A stretch of 64,000 nucleotides of DNA. Origin: Vicugna vicugna (lineage: Eukaryota). Numbering within the stretch: the first letter of the stretch is position 1; each line of letters opens with the position of its first letter. Positions 13,401-27,529 of this stretch are shown piece after piece. The position numbers and the translations under genes were made by a program. A model generated the notes under the pieces. The model saw nothing but the letters and a program-made list of their open reading frames with translations. It was not told where the DNA came from and did not search any database. Where the stretch lies: positions 186,001-250,000 of the forward strand of contig MU057377.1 in assembly GCA_013265495.1 (NCBI GenBank), read 5' to 3'.

Positions 13401-15169
13401 AGAATCTCCTGCCTTTTTTTTTAAATAATTGGTCTTAATATACTTATTTCACATTTATATATGTTCACAAGACTACAAGAATCACAGGAGTCCTTTGTTA
13501 AAAAATTACATTTTCAGTTTTATAAAATTCAAGTAACATATCTTACTCAGTCATTATACGTTGAACACATTTTTAAAACTTTCTAAGATTTTTGTGGTTG
13601 GTTGTAAGAAAACAGATTTTGAATGCCTTTGGGACCTTAAAATCTAATGGAAACGATTTTAAGTTAATGGTAATCAGTTCAGGAGCTTATACATTTAAAA
13701 TTAATTGCTTTGAACATATATTGTTTGAAAATTATCGAAGAAACCACAGGAAAAAAACATATGAGAATATTTCTTATCTGAGCAATGTAAACTTACATAA
13801 TTTATAATATTTATTATACGTCTGTGTGGGTTTTTTTTTTTGCCACACATTTTGTCTTTAAAGTTTGCAAAGCAATCTTGTTAAGCTATTTGAATTACTG
13901 ACTCCTTTCTGTACCCTGGACCATTTTCTTGTGAGCAGAACTTCCTGTTGAATAGTTGCTTCATATGAGGGTTGTGATTCAGTTACTCATAGGGACCAGA
14001 TAGGGGACTCCAATGAGATAAGCAGGGTGGGTGGCTGACAGTGGGAAGTTGGGGTGAGTATGGTGATCTAAGTAAATAGCACGTGCCACATCTGAAAGCA
14101 GAAGCTACTTCCTAGCTCTAGGTGTTTGTTACAAAGTAAAAAAAAAGTGTGGCTAATATTGCCAGTTCTTTTGACTTTTAAGAGGAGCAAGAAATCCAGA
14201 TTTTTAAGTGAATTATCTAATTTAGAAGTTGGCCACATACTCAGTTAAACAACCACGATGGTGTCCTGCCCGAACGAAATATGACTGTGGGCCAGGCACC
14301 CTGTGCACGAGCCGGGCTGCGCCTTCCGCTCTAGATGGTGGTGCTTCTCTGTCACGGAAAGTGTCCCTGCTTCCTTAACACACGTGGGAGCCTGACTAGG
14401 TTACAGAGCAGTTCCACTTCGATGCAAGTGATGTTCTTATTTAAAAAAAAAACCTGAATGAATGGTGTGTACTCTTAAGAAGGAGCTAGTTGTCACTAGG
14501 AAGCAGGACCTACTCATAAAGAGCACACTGTGTAAGTAAACTCAGTTCCTTGCAGCGACGGCGCTTGGTGTGTCGGGCAGCGCCGCTGTGGAAGCTGGAG
14601 AGTCTGGGCCATCATCTCTTGTGAACAAGTTACACAGAGAGAAGAATGTTGGCGAGACAATAGGTAGTGCATTGATGAGTCTTCTTACTGATTGAAATAT
14701 ACTTAGATTGTTGATAGATTTGTTATTTGGAGAGTGATCTTGTACCATGTTGCAGGCCATGTCCTTCTCAAAATTTTTATCCATGGCGATGAACTCAGAA
14801 GCAGTACTGAAATCTACACTTGGAGGCAATCACCAGTATGTTAAATGAAAGAATTAAGTTAAACAAATTTCTCTGCTGAGAAATTTGACCATATGAGTAA
14901 AATACAATTTAAATAAAGATAATGCTCTGAGCATTAAACAAACAAATTTTCGAAGATAGAATTGATGTCAGTAGATAGAAATTATAAGTGAGCTGATTTA
15001 AGATTAAACCGGAATGAATTTTGTCACAGTTTATGTAGCTGCCTAAAAATGTCCGGGCATTGGACAGTGTTTGTTCCAAGATGGGACGTTTTGGAAATGC
15101 TTGCCTGCCCTGGGTGGTGGGCTGTCTGCGGTAGACCCCTGAGGGAGCGTTTGTTGCTGGGTTAGGTTG

Positions 15170-15335
15170 ACCAGGGTTCTCACCTCAGGCTTGCCGCTTG
15201 GTAACTTTGTGACCCTGGGTACGTTGCTTTACCTTAGTTTAGTCAAAGATGCATCCCGGTATTATCATAAGGATTAAATGAGAAAACACATGGAAAGTAC
15301 CTGGCGTGTTTTCATGCATATAGTTAGTGTCCTAC
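15170..15335 (+). mobile_element. MIR SINE fragment
   Basis: Core motifs tgtgaccctgggta.. and aaggattaaatgagaaaacacatggaaagtacctgg. Confidence 0.6.
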
Positions 15336-16919
15336 GGTTTCTTTTCTGTACTTCTAACTATTTTAACACGTGGAATCTCTGACTCTTCGATTCTACTCTC
15401 CATCCCCCAGATGGACATAGAACTGACCGGTAAGTCTTGCTGCCCAAACAGAAATAGCGAAGCATCGTGGAGGCTTAGACATGACTGAGAAATAGCCCAC
15501 GGGCGTAAGCCTCATGGTATTGGTTTTTAGAAAAAACTGTGTTGGTCTGATTTGTAGACAAAGTCATATTAGAGGAGGTTACAGAGCGTCACAGTGTCCA
15601 GCAGTGATCTAACTGCGGTAGAGTCATGTGCGGAAGGACCAGAACAACACCCCGCATCCGCCGTATGGGGAGAAGCGTGGCCTGCTCTCCGGTGCAGTGC
15701 CGTGGATGTGTTCTTGGAGATGCTCAGAAATAACGGTAACCACGAAAAGATACCAAAACTCCTCGCACTGTTAAATTTCGAAAAATCAACTACTGTTAAT
15801 CAATTATTGATTAACTCTGCTTCATTTTTTAAAAACAGATACATAATCTTACAAATGCATTGTCTTCCTTTGTGTAAGTTAGCTCCTTAATGAAACGCTG
15901 GATTCCAGTTAGTTTTCATGGTTTGGAAAGAAACTGAAAGGGGAAGATGAGCAAAGAAAAGTCATCATGTAAAGATGAGAAAACCAGGACATTTGATGTA
16001 GAAAAAGAAGATTCTCTCACTTGGTAATAAGTTACAGTTATGCGATGTTTGTTATGTATTTTTATTGTGGACAAGGAAGGAAGCTTAAACAAGGTCTCAG
16101 ATGATTTAAGGTGAAAATGACAATGTAAGGATTAACAAGTAGACATGCAACCCCTAAAATCAGTAAGTCTTGCGCTTTCTTAAGATTTTTGAGAGCCGGG
16201 TGGAAACAGACCAGCGTGTTCCTTGAGCAGATTAAGTCTTATCTGAACATACAGGTCTGCACTACACAGTACATTGTAATTTTCTTGAAATAGTAATCTC
16301 TTCAGGCCAGTAAAATTTGAAATGTGAGTGTAAAATGACTGCAAATGGAAGAAATTGTACTCTACCCAAGGAAATCTAGTGTGTCTTGGCAGGTCATCCT
16401 CCATGAAAATTATTTCATTGAGTTACAGTGAGTATAGAAAATACAATGTGGTAACTTTTTGCATAATATTGAGTTGATAATTTAAAGGCAGTATTGGTAC
16501 TCTGTGAGATTTGGGGGGGTTTCTGTAAGTGACAGACATCGCAGAAAATAGAACAGCCATCTAACTCCTCGGGTTAAAAGAGTGGAGTAATTTAAATATG
16601 AACGTTGAGATTAGCAGCACTAACTTCTGACTTGCAGATTTTCTCCCAAGTGTCAAAGACTTGGCGCACGCCTGCCTGGGTTTTCCGAGGCCCCCCGTGA
16701 GGCCGTCCGCAGGCTAGTTGTGACCCCCGTCCCAGCGCCTCCCTCCATGGCCCCGGTCCGCTCTCGTGGAGGCTGGCTGCTCTCCGGGAGTTTGTACAGT
16801 TCATTCTCAGGCTTAGCTGCTCTTCCGCGGGATCAGACTTCGTGTCTCTTGCCCCCGCCCCATAGTCTTTTCTGTTTCATGCCCTCATTTCGCTGCTTCC
16901 CGAAAATACTATGGAGGAG

Positions 16920-17760
16920 GTAGGTTTCTGAGTCCTAGAATGACTGAAATGCTGTTGGTCTGCCCCCACGCTTGATGGATAGTTTCTCTCGACCAGTAAT
17001 TCCAGGTTGCGAAGGCTTTATGCTCTGCACTTTGAAGGCATTATCATCTGACTTCCCAGAATTGCTGTTGAGAGAGATGTTCAGTGACGTTTTGGATTTG
17101 ACGTCTTTGTCTGTGATCCGTTTTGTCTCTTTGGAAATTCTTAGGTGCTTTTCCATCCCCTGTTCTGGAATTACACTGTGATTCTCTGACTTGGCTCATT
17201 TATTTTACAGTTAAGCCAGTGGCCCTTTCAATGTGGAGACTCGTGTCTAAAGTTCCAGGATTTTCCAGTAATTTTTGAAAAGAAATTTTCATTTCTTTTT
17301 CCCCCTCTTTTCTTTTTCTTTTTTTTCCCTAGAACTACTGTTAGTCAGCTCCATGACAGTTGAGACTGATGCCCTGGTATTTTAATATTTGCTTTCTTAT
17401 TATCTGCCAGTTTTTCTCTTTATTCTAGTTCCTAGGAGATATTCTTGATTTAGTTTCTACCCTTTCTATTGGTTTTAATTTTTTTCAGCTTTTATATGTT
17501 GAATTTCTAAGAACTCTTTCTCCTTGTCTAATAATTTATTTTTTCACTTCTTTCTGCTTTTTTCGAGTTCATGTTGTTTAAGAGCATCCGGTTCTTTATG
17601 CAGCTCCTAAGGATGTTAATGATCATTTTTGAAGCTCTCATCTGATGTTTGTATTGTCTTCGTTTTCTTGGAACTCTTTTTATGTTTGTATTGATGTCTG
17701 TATTTCCTCAAATATCTGGTGGTCGGACCGTTGGTTTGTATCTAAGACAGAGGTACGAAA
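16920..17760 (-). mobile_element. Old antisense L1 fragment, boundaries approximate
   Basis: T-rich degenerate sequence with L1-type phrases (ctgacttcccagaattgctgttgag, ctagaactactgttagtcag). Confidence 0.45.
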
Positions 17761-19300
17761 CTGAATGAGAAACATGTTATGTGCAGTGGTGGGCTTCACA
17801 ACAAGAAAAGAGGACATTTGCAGTGTTTATTTCCTTTGAGAGATTCCCAAGTCGGTGTTTCAGGATCCTGTGGGGCCAATCTATTGGTTAAGGGTCAGCT
17901 TCCCTCCTGCTGGCCCTCAGCTTTCGGTTTTCTCTCATCTGCTAAGTCGGTCATTCTCTGTTTGCTTACCACCTTTACGAAAACATTCGCCTGCCTTGTT
18001 TTCTGTTGCCTTTTTCTCCGTTTCTCTTGCCCTCATACATTTATGCCCTTTTTATTCATTTACTGTCATTTTAGTGACATATCTAAAGGGCACAGAGATA
18101 AATGCATGTAGTCAATATGCTCGATTTAATGAGAAGTTGGTAGATATTTTAAAATACGACAGGCACCTTTCATGTCATTGCTTACGATGGTACTGATCAC
18201 TTTACAGCACTCTATGAACTTCTTCTGAGTAAAGATGCTGTAGGTTACCTATCTGTTCTATGACTTTAGGTAACTCCTGATTAAAAAAGTGTCCTTAGCA
18301 GTCACTAACAATCAGATGTTGTGAAAAAAATGCAGAAAGAATGCTGCTTTTCTAAGCTCTATTCATTGATTTTTAAAAGTTTTCATTCTGCTTTTGGTAC
18401 CTGTACTCTTGTCAGTATATAATTTTGTAGGAAAAGTATCACACTATTTTCTCTTAAAAAGTAATCTGTTGTTGTAAATCTCTGAAGAAAAAAATGAGTA
18501 TTTGTTAATTGATAATTAACTACACTGGTGTGTTTTGTGATTTACTATTCTTATATATGAAAAGTATACATTTTAATAAACAAAAATTTTGGATAGATTT
18601 AAATATACTAATACCTTAATTTGTTGACAAGTGTATTATGTACAGTTGATTATTAGATTTAGTATTTTGCTTTCATAAAAAATTAATTATATTTGTGTCT
18701 AGCAAAATGAATCTTAAATTATATTTGTTTTTGATATTTAAATACTATTCACAGTATTTACGATTTTTGAAACAGACTTTCTTACTGGTGTTGATCCTTA
18801 TTTTGAAATTTCCTGTCCTACCTAAAGATCAGTTTCTGAAGAACTGATTATTTAATAAGCACATAATTCTATTTTTATATGCTCAATTCAGTAATATTTT
18901 AAAAAGAAGTTATATCTTTGTTTTAAAAGCTTCTTAAAATTAGTTTTATATTCTCTTTTATTCCAGCAGTTGGCTTTTATTCTGTGAGTGCCTTTGGTAC
19001 ACTCGTGCTGTGCCTGCCACGCGAGGGGAGTCATTTTAGCTACTTAGGTACTTCCATACAAGTGCGTGATGAATACACTCTGTAATAGAACTTTGGACTC
19101 TGATTATTTGTGAAAACAAATGATAGATGAAATGTAAAATTTTACTGTAACAGTAAAGAGAACATGAGTTCAGTTCTTTTTGCCCTCCAAGACCAAGCTG
19201 TTTGAAATAATATGAATTTAATGTTTATGTGGCCATCTTGTTTCTTGATTCCAAATGATATATATATACATTTTTTAAGTTGTGATTTTTTTTTTTACAG

Positions 19301-19370
19301 TTACCTGCCATGGTTTGAAGTGTATTACAAGCTTCTAAATACTCTGGCAGATTACTTGGCTAAGGAACTG
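19301..19370 (+). CDS. DENND1B: DENND1B coding exon (~exon 6), YLPWFEVYYKLLNTLADYLAKEL, 70 nt
   Basis: ttttttacag acceptor and CTG|gtaagc donor; phase 2 to 0 fits both neighbours. Confidence 0.97.
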
Positions 19371-19392
19371 GTAAGCAATGTTTTTTCCTCCA

Positions 19393-20495
19393 TTTTTTAA
19401 ATTGTGGTAAAATACATGTAACATAAAATTTACCATTTTAACAATCTTTAAATGTATAATTCTGCCATTAAGTACATTGGCAATATTCTGCAGTCATCAG
19501 CACCATCATCTTTAGAACCTTCTTACCTCCCTCCCGCATTGAAACTATTCTCAGTAAATAGTAACTTCCCATTCCCCTCCCCCGAGCCCTGGCCACAACC
19601 AGCGGGCTGCTTTCTTCTGTCTGTGTGAACTTGACTGTGTACTTATGTAAGTAGAATGGTACAGTATTTATCCTTCTGTGACTGGCATGTTTTCAGGGTC
19701 CATCTGTGTCATAGTGTGTGCTAGAATTTCCTTCCTTTTTGAGGCCGAATAATATTCCAGTATTCACACACCATGTTTTGTTTATTCATTCATATGTGGA
19801 TGAGCATTGCTGCTGTGAACATGGGTATACAAATACCTGTTTGAGTCCCTGCGTTCAGTTCTTTTGAGTATATACCCAGAAGCAGAATTGCTGAATAATA
19901 TGGTAATTACATGTTTAATTTTTTGAAGACCTGCTATAACATCTTCCATAATGGTTGCCTCATTTGACGCTCCCACCAGCAGTGCACAGGGTCCCATTTC
20001 CCCACGGTCTCCCCAACACTTTGTTATTTTCTGATTTAGTTTTGTTCTGTTTCCAAAATTGTCATTCTAATGGGTGTGAAGTGGTATATGATTGTGATTT
20101 TGATTTGTGTTTCCCTAAGGATTAGTGAGGTACAGTCTCCTGTGCTTTTTGGTCACTGTATGTCTTCTTTGGAGAAATATTTATTCAAGTCTTTTATCAC
20201 TTTAAGTTACGTTTTCTTGTTGAGTAGTAGGAGCTATTTATATATTCAGATATGAATCCTTTATCAGATGTGTGATTTACAAATATTTTCTCCCATTCTG
20301 TGGGTTGCCTTTTTGACATTGTTGGTAGTGTCCTTTGATGCACAAAAATTTTTAACTTTGATAGAGGTTAATTTATCTATATTTTCTTTTGTTGCTTTGT
20401 GCTTTTGGTATAATGTCAATACATTATTTTCAAATCCAGTGTCATGAAGCTTCTTTTTCCTTTTAAGAATTTTATAGTTTTAGCTGTTACATTTA
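19393..20495 (-). mobile_element. L1 (L1MA/L1MB-like) 3' portion, antisense, starting about 22 nt after the exon 6 donor
   Basis: Begins ttttttaaattgtggtaaaatacatgtaacataaaatttaccat. Contains reversed ORF2 C-terminal sequence (gtatatacccagaagcagaattgctg; tcttctttggagaaatatttattcaagtc). Confidence 0.9.
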
Positions 20496-21469
20496 TCTTT
20501 ACATTTTCATCCTTTTTTCTTAAAAATAAAAACAAAACAAAAACTGAAGTTTGCTTTGAATTAATGAACTCCTCTGGCTCATAATTTCTAAAATTTCCCC
20601 TGAATCATTCTTTGATATTTTAAACAAGGATTAATTTACTAAGATTTTAGCTATGCTGTTTGATGCAGTTTAGTACAAATAAAAGTTTTCAAAAAAATCT
20701 TTAATGATTGCCTATTGCTAGTTCTAATTTTCAGTTTCATGGTGTATTTTATGACCACTGGCCGTCTATTTAAATTCTTGTTTGATGCTGCCTCACTCCT
20801 GCGGTCGTGTTTTGCTTGGTTGTCCTGACAGTGTGTGTTTGTTTGTAGCTCTAGCCTGTCTGTAAGCTTTCCCCTGTCTGCAACCTAAAATTGTGGTGCT
20901 CTTGTGTTATAGTCTTAGTTTTCTCTTCTCTTCTCTCTAGACGTTATTTATGGGCACTTCTTACACATTCTTAGTACCACCATGTTCTGATCCCCAAGAA
21001 TGATCTTTCTGAAACTTCACTGCTTGCAGTCCGGTCAGTGGCTCCTTTTCTCCTGAGAACAGAGTCTGAACTGAGCTCAGCCCGACCCAAGAGAGCCTCC
21101 AGGATCCGGCACCGGTGCTCCTGCCTGGGTGCTCTTCTCCTGCCTTCCCGCGTCCTGTGCACGCCTATCATTCTGAGCTACTTAAGCTTCCCAGGAAGTA
21201 AAGAGCTCTGCAGAGCTGTCTTCCGGGATTTCAGATCGCTCACTCATGATTACCGCTAGGTCACTCATCTGTTAAGATTGCGTGTAGATGTCTTTAAAAA
21301 CAAACCTAAATTCAATACAAATACCACCCTAGACACCTTTCATTAGACAATTTAAGTGTATTATTAACAAATAAAGGTGCTTCTTTTACTCTTCTAGTGC
21401 ACATTCTCCTAATTTGGCAACCAAATTTTATTATTTGAACATACCAAGTTTTAGTGTTTGTCAAAGTCC

Positions 21470-21472
<3 letters not shown>

Positions 21473-21504
<32 letters not shown>
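21473..21504. repeat. (GT)16 microsatellite
   Basis: Read directly from the sequence. Confidence 0.97.
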
Positions 21505-21506
<2 letters not shown>

Positions 21507-22667
21507 CTATTTCCCGCTCTACACTTGATGTGCCCAGCTCTGTGAACTATTCATTAGAAAGTCATTTTATACTTGAACAACTTTATGTTTAAGCTACTCA
21601 ATCATTCATTTTCCTAAGAAAATAACTGGAAATAACAATATTAATTACTGCATGGAACACTCAAAACCAGAATTCTACTTAACGATAATTTCTTAGTCTT
21701 TGTTTTTTTGAGTAAATATGTGGAACCAATGTTAATTGTGTTAGTTGTCCAAATTTTGAATACTTTCACCTTTAGAAACTCCTGTTGGTAACTTAATACC
21801 TGTGTGTTTATTATATGTCATATGCTCCCTGAGACCACCAGTGACACTGGGATATAGAAAAGAAAGTACTATGAACAAATCGATATAGTTTTGGTTTTCT
21901 GCGAAGAGGATACAAGAGAGGCTACATTTGTGTCCCTAATTAGAAGAAACGAATATTATTAGAAGTTCACAATATTAATTGAATAACCGGAAGTAAATCT
22001 GTGACTGTGATCATTTTTCTTTTCGTTTTTAATGCAGTGCTGCTGGTTATTTACGTTGGAATTTTGATTTTATGACCAGTTACCCTTAACGCAATCAGCA
22101 TCAGGCAACTACAAAGCTAGGCTTATGCAGACTTACTTAGCCACAAGCATTTCGTAGAGACAGAACATCAGTACCATCTGAAATATTAAGTGGTGTATGT
22201 CGTTGCTTAAATGGTCAGGTGATAAATGCTTTAGAGTCCTTTTTAGGTCATTCTAAAGAGAACTTCAGATAGGCAGTTTTGAATACATACTTTTGCAAGC
22301 ATTTATAGAGATCTGAATTATTAAGTTTTGATAATTAAGTTATAAGAGAAATTGTGAGATCATGTGCCTTAAAATTAATTACTACCGTCCTTGAACAATT
22401 GCCTTTTGCCTTTGGTTTATTCTTTCAACGTCAACATTTTAAAAGAGAATAAAAATAATTATGTATATAAAAAGCTACCTTCATATATTTATTGTTGGAT
22501 TTGTGTGTGTAATTCAGAAAAAGTAAGTGCACATCAAGGTGCATTATTGTTGTGCAGATCCTATGAAGTAGGTGTGTCACGTATTTAACCTCATTTATCA
22601 TGGGGCAAGTAGTGATCAGGAGCTACTTAGAAAAGGAGGATTTAGAATAACCTCTAAGTTACGTCTT

Positions 22668-22797
22668 TTGTGTGTGTGTGTGGCGGGGGGCAATTGGGTT
22701 TGTTTATTTATTTATTTTTAATGGAGGTCTTGGGGATTGAACCCAGGACCTCGTGCACACTAGGCACTCGCTCTACCACTAAGCTACACCCTCCCCC
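22668..22797 (-). mobile_element. tRNA-derived SINE, camelid vic-1-like, with target-site duplication
   Basis: Minus strand reads GGGGGAGGGTGTAGCTTAGTGGTAGAGCG..GAGGTCCTGGGTTCAATCCCCAAGACCTCC (Pol III A and B boxes) followed by an AAAT/CA tail. Flanked by taagttacgtctt (22655) and taagttgcatctt (22798). Confidence 0.85.
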
Positions 22798-22982
22798 TAA
22801 GTTGCATCTTAGTATAACTTAACTTCATTGTGTCTGTTACTTAAAAATTAGGTTTATGATTTTAAAATGAAAATGAAAATGGAAGCATTTCTGATAAAAA
22901 TTTGCATTTCCATCTTTATTCAGTCCTGTTACTTTTGGCTTTAACGACGGAACGGCTTCCCTCTGTGGGAGGCGTTGGTGCA

Positions 22983-24333
22983 CAGGTGCGCCTCCGTGTT
23001 CTGCGCTGCACTTCATTGTGCTTCAAAGATGATGCATTTCCCCCTCAAGCTGAAGGTTTGTGGCAGCCTCGTATCAAGCAAGTTTGTTGGCCGTGTTTTC
23101 CCAACAGCATGTGCTTGCTTTGTGCCTCTGGTCACATTCTGGCAATTCTCACAGTATTCCGCACTTTAGCCGCTACCATGTTTGTCGCGGTGATCTGTGG
23201 TCAGCCACGTTTGATGTTACTGCTGTGATTGCATTGGGATGCCATGACCCCAACCCACAGAAGACCAAGAACTTAGTCCGTAAGGGCTGTATGTTTTCTG
23301 ACGGCTCCTCCCTGACACACACAATACTGAAATTAGGCTGGTTAATAAACCTACCACAGCCTCTCAGTGTTCAGGTGCGAGGAAGAGTCGCATGTCCCTC
23401 ACCGTAAGTCAAAAGCTAGGAACGATGAAGCTTGACAGGGAGGCCATGCTGAAAGCTAGGCCACCAAACTGTCAGGTTGTGGAGGCAAAGGAAAAGTTTT
23501 TGAAGCAAATTAAAAGTGAACCGACTGATAAGAAAGCAGAACAGCCTTATTGCTGATACGGAGAAAGCGGTAGTGTCTGGATGGAAGATCAGACCACACA
23601 CAACATTCTTTTAAGTCAGAGCTTCACTGAGAGCAGGGATGAACTCACTTCAGTTTTGTGAAGGGTGGGGCAAGTGAGGAAGCCAAGCCTGAGGCCAGCA
23701 GAGGTTGACTCCAGCCCTCATGGATGGCGTTGAGGTGAGGGATTCACGACCTCCGTGGAGGAAGTCATTGCAGATGTGGTGGAAACAGCAAGAGAACTGG
23801 AATGAGACGTGGAGCCTGAAGATGGGACTGGACTGCTTCACTCTCAGGATGGAACATGGAGGGGCGAGGAGCTGCGTCTTCTGGATGAGCAGAGAAAGTG
23901 GCTTCTGAGATGGAATCCACTCCCGGTGAAGATTCTGTGAAGATTGATGAAATGACAACAAAGGATTTAGAATATTACATAAACTTAGTTGATGTATTTC
24001 AAGAAATTGCCACAACCACCCCAGCCTTCAGCCGCCACCACCCTGATCAGTCAGCGGCACCATCATGGAGGCGGGATCCTCCACCAGCAAAACGGTTAAA
24101 ACTCAATAAGGGCTCAGATGACGCTTCACATTTTTAAGCAATAAAGTATTTTTAATTAAGGTATGATTTTTTTTTAGACATAATGGTATTGCACATTAAT
24201 AGATGACAGTATGGTATAAATATAACTTACGTGCACTAGGAAACCAGCAAATCCATGAGACTCATTTTATTGCTGTATTCACTTAATTGAGGTGGTCTGG
24301 AACCAACCCTGCCGTCTCTCCAAGGTCTGCCCG
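22983..24333 (+). mobile_element. Tigger1-family DNA transposon, internally deleted (~1.35 kb)
   Basis: Degenerate TIRs caggtgcgcctc.. and ..ccaaggtctgcccg; internal ctgaaggtttgtggca. ORF 23898..24137 (ESTPGEDSVKIDEMTTKDLEYYINLVD) resembles the Tigger1 transposase C-terminus. Confidence 0.9.
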
Positions 24334-24422
24334 TGGGTAAGACGTGCCTAACATGAGAAGTTTTAATTGTATTTACTTAGTTCATATTTCATTTATAAAA
24401 TGTGCTTTTTTTTTTATTCTAG

Positions 24423-24503
24423 GAAAATGATTTGAATGAAACTCTCAAATCGCTCTATAACCACCCGGTACCAAAGGCAAACACCCCTGTCAGTTTGAGT
24501 GTG
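24423..24503 (+). CDS. DENND1B: DENND1B coding exon (~exon 7), ENDLNETLKSLYNHPVPKANTPVSLSV, 81 nt
   Basis: tttattctag acceptor and GTG|gtaagt donor; peptide matches recalled DENND1B. Confidence 0.96.
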
Positions 24504-27500
24504 GTAAGTATTCTGTCAGTAATGGATGTTTTGAGTCATAGCAGTTTCTCATTTAAGAACACATGCACCTTCCAGAAACTCTGCTGAGTCACCTCTGCCT
24601 CCAGGAAGGCTCTCCGGCTAGGACTGACGTCCCTGGATGGTGCTGTTGTCTGGTGTGCTTTCCTGTCAGAACATGATGCATTAGATGTGTGTTTTTGGTA
24701 TTTGTTAAATCGTAGATTTTTTTTTTTAATCATACACTTTACCTTTGGTAAAGGTAACTAAATCTGTGGGAATATTTTCAGGAAATACGGAAGTACACAC
24801 CCGCCCCCACACATACACAATACCAAAGACCCCACATAAAATGAAAACAGTATATAATAAGTACTGCAGAGATAGCATGCAGCATATAACCAGCCACATG
24901 ATAAGAGTTCCAGGCGACAATCTCCTTCTTTCCCCATGCTTCAATGCATCTTTTAGTATAATCACCAAACACTGGAAATGTGATTGAAGTTTGTCCAGGC
25001 GGTAAGCCTGTGGTTGTATAGATTATTTACCATTAAAACTTTAACTGAACTGTGCCATCTATAACTAAAATCACAGTAGTGTTTGGTGAGATTTTCTAAG
25101 TGTTCAGAATAAGTCATCATAAAATGTAAATGTTTTCATTAATTTTCTTCATTAATTTGGCATACCAAGTAGAATGCTAAAATTTATGTATGTTGATTTT
25201 GGTTCTTCCAAAATAATAATAAAACTGTCCTAAGTAAGGAAGACGATGTATAATGATGCTAGAGAAATTGAAGGAAAAAGTAACTTGAAATCTATGTAAT
25301 AGTATTAATAGGTCTTTTGTGTTTTTTGTAAAATAAGGAAATTGTTAGCCCAATTATATTCTTTCTTTGGCAATAACTTTCTTCTTGCTTAAATGTCCCA
25401 CTGTAATTTTGTGTAATAATAGTGTCTCTCACATGATTCTGCTCTATTTGTGGTGTCAGCACCCAGTCCAGGTGCTCAGCTCTGGAATCCTTAGCCTGGA
25501 GTCTCTCCTTCCAGTCCTTTCTATAAAAGGCTGTCTGATTAAACTTCCTTACAGTATGTAAAATTCCCTGATGGAAACCGTTAATAGCTCTCCATTTTCT
25601 GTAGAATTTGTCCAAACTTTTGGCCAGGCTTTCAGCCTCAGTCCAACTTTTCATTTTCCTGTCTCCCATTTTTCCCCTAAATTGATTCTCTGCTCTGGTC
25701 ACCCTGCTCTGTTCATCTCCTTGAGTGAACGTGTGCACCTCAGTGGTGCACCTCCCTGTGTTCCCACAGCCCCTTGGTAGACGGCCTGTCTGTGGTCTAG
25801 AGCCAGCGTGGTCCCCAGCGTTGTGAAGCACTCTCTTGTCGCGGCAGCGTGGAGTGTTCTCTTCCCATGGTCTCTGCACCTTTGTGTCTGCCTCCTCTTT
25901 TGTTGCTTAACGCCAAAGTGGAAGTGGTTAGTAGTCATTTAGAGGTTGAGGGATGGAAATCTAAGGATAACCTGGAATTTTTAACCCAAATATGGGAGTC
26001 ATCTGCAGAGTAGTGCAAGAATAATTGAGCTGTTCAAAGGGCGGATGTCAGGTGGACAGTGCAGAGGCTAAGGTCTAACTGCCCAGACGGGTTGCATGGA
26101 AGGGAGGGCAGGTGGAGGGAAGGACTGGAGGAAGGAGCAGTTAAGAGAAACTCAGATCTGCGGTCATTGAAACCCAAAGAACGCAGGTTTTTGGTCAGTG
26201 CGAATGCAGTGGACAGGACAAAGAGGAACTCCCAGGAGGAGTATTTATAAAGTGATTCTAACCCTGTCTTAAAGGGTTAAGGAAATATCTGCAGATGTTC
26301 AGGTAATAGAGACAGCTATTGTAGAGTGTTAGTGAGAAATAGAAGTGTGTCCTCTCTTTCAATTTGACTGTCATTAGTTTAGGCGTAAATAAGTATCTTC
26401 CAAAAATACATCTCAGAAATATTAGATATTGAAACTTTATTAATAAGAACCATTAAATCAAAGACTTCTAGGCCTCTGAACACCTAAAGACTAGATTTTG
26501 GTTTATATCGCGGTCACTGAACGTGTGATGTGAGGCAAAGAAGTTAACCTGTTTTGATGACTCCTTTTCTCCATTTGAGAAATTGAGTGAGTCAGTTTTT
26601 GAGGAAGCTGTTTGGGGGAGGTGCATGAAATGATACATTGAGATGTACCATGAAAAGCTGCTTGCAAGTTGGTTGTTAGTGAATTGAAGTTTCATTTAGT
26701 ATGGAGAAGATTTTGATTGTATCTGAAATATTCCTGGTAACGGAATTTGAGTGCCTGTTTCTGTGTATGACAGTTATTTTTATAAATTAAGCCTCACATG
26801 CAGGCTTTTGAATCAGCAGTCTGTGATGGGTTTCAAACACTGTTCACCTGTTCTCAATACAGTATCTTAAGTATTGGTAAATTCAGCTGGTTAATACACC
26901 TTTGTAAAGTCCACTTAGTAATTTCGTTTGACTTCAACAGCAGGTTACTAAAGTCATGCGCCTGAGCTGTGCCATTCATGGATGGCAAAATTGGGATAAA
27001 AATATCTGTCTTCCATTACTAGCAGAGGTTCTAGTTTTATGATGCCAGATTAGAATGGATGATCACAGGAATTTTTGTTCCTCCACAAGTAGAAAAGAAG
27101 TTTTTGCAGAATTTCCATTAGTCAAGTATGACAAGTCTTTAGAAACTGCTGTGATTTTCTTACAATTTCGTATTTCAGGAATGTTCTATCTTGTGAATTT
27201 TTCAAGACTTGACTTTATAACCACTAGAATATCACAGAGATTTTATGCAAAGTTAGTATCTAATGCAAATACTTATTTTGAAACTATATTTCAAAATCAT
27301 TAAATATCCACAGAATTCTCTACTCTCAGTCAAGAATGAAAGTACTTCAAGATTTTTCTAGCATAAAATCAGCAAATCGGCATTTACAACGACATTTATA
27401 ATTAGTGCTTTTCAAATCTTTTCAGTGGATAGTGTTGACTGCATGGGTTTGTCTCAGATACACAGCACATTGGTGTGTTAACTTCTCCCATGAAAGTAAA

Positions 27501-27529
27501 TATTCATTTTTTCTCTCATGTATTGTAAG

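Noticed and set aside
22722..22797. tRNA gene
   Set aside because: tRNA-like boxes are followed by a SINE tail and flanked by a TSD, so it is a SINE.
23898..24137. TIGD1-like ORF as a domesticated gene
   Set aside because: Short C-terminal remnant of an internally deleted Tigger1; the transposase core is missing.
25292..25879. 195-aa minus-strand ORF
   Set aside because: No recognisable domain, non-ATG start and no supporting exon structure.
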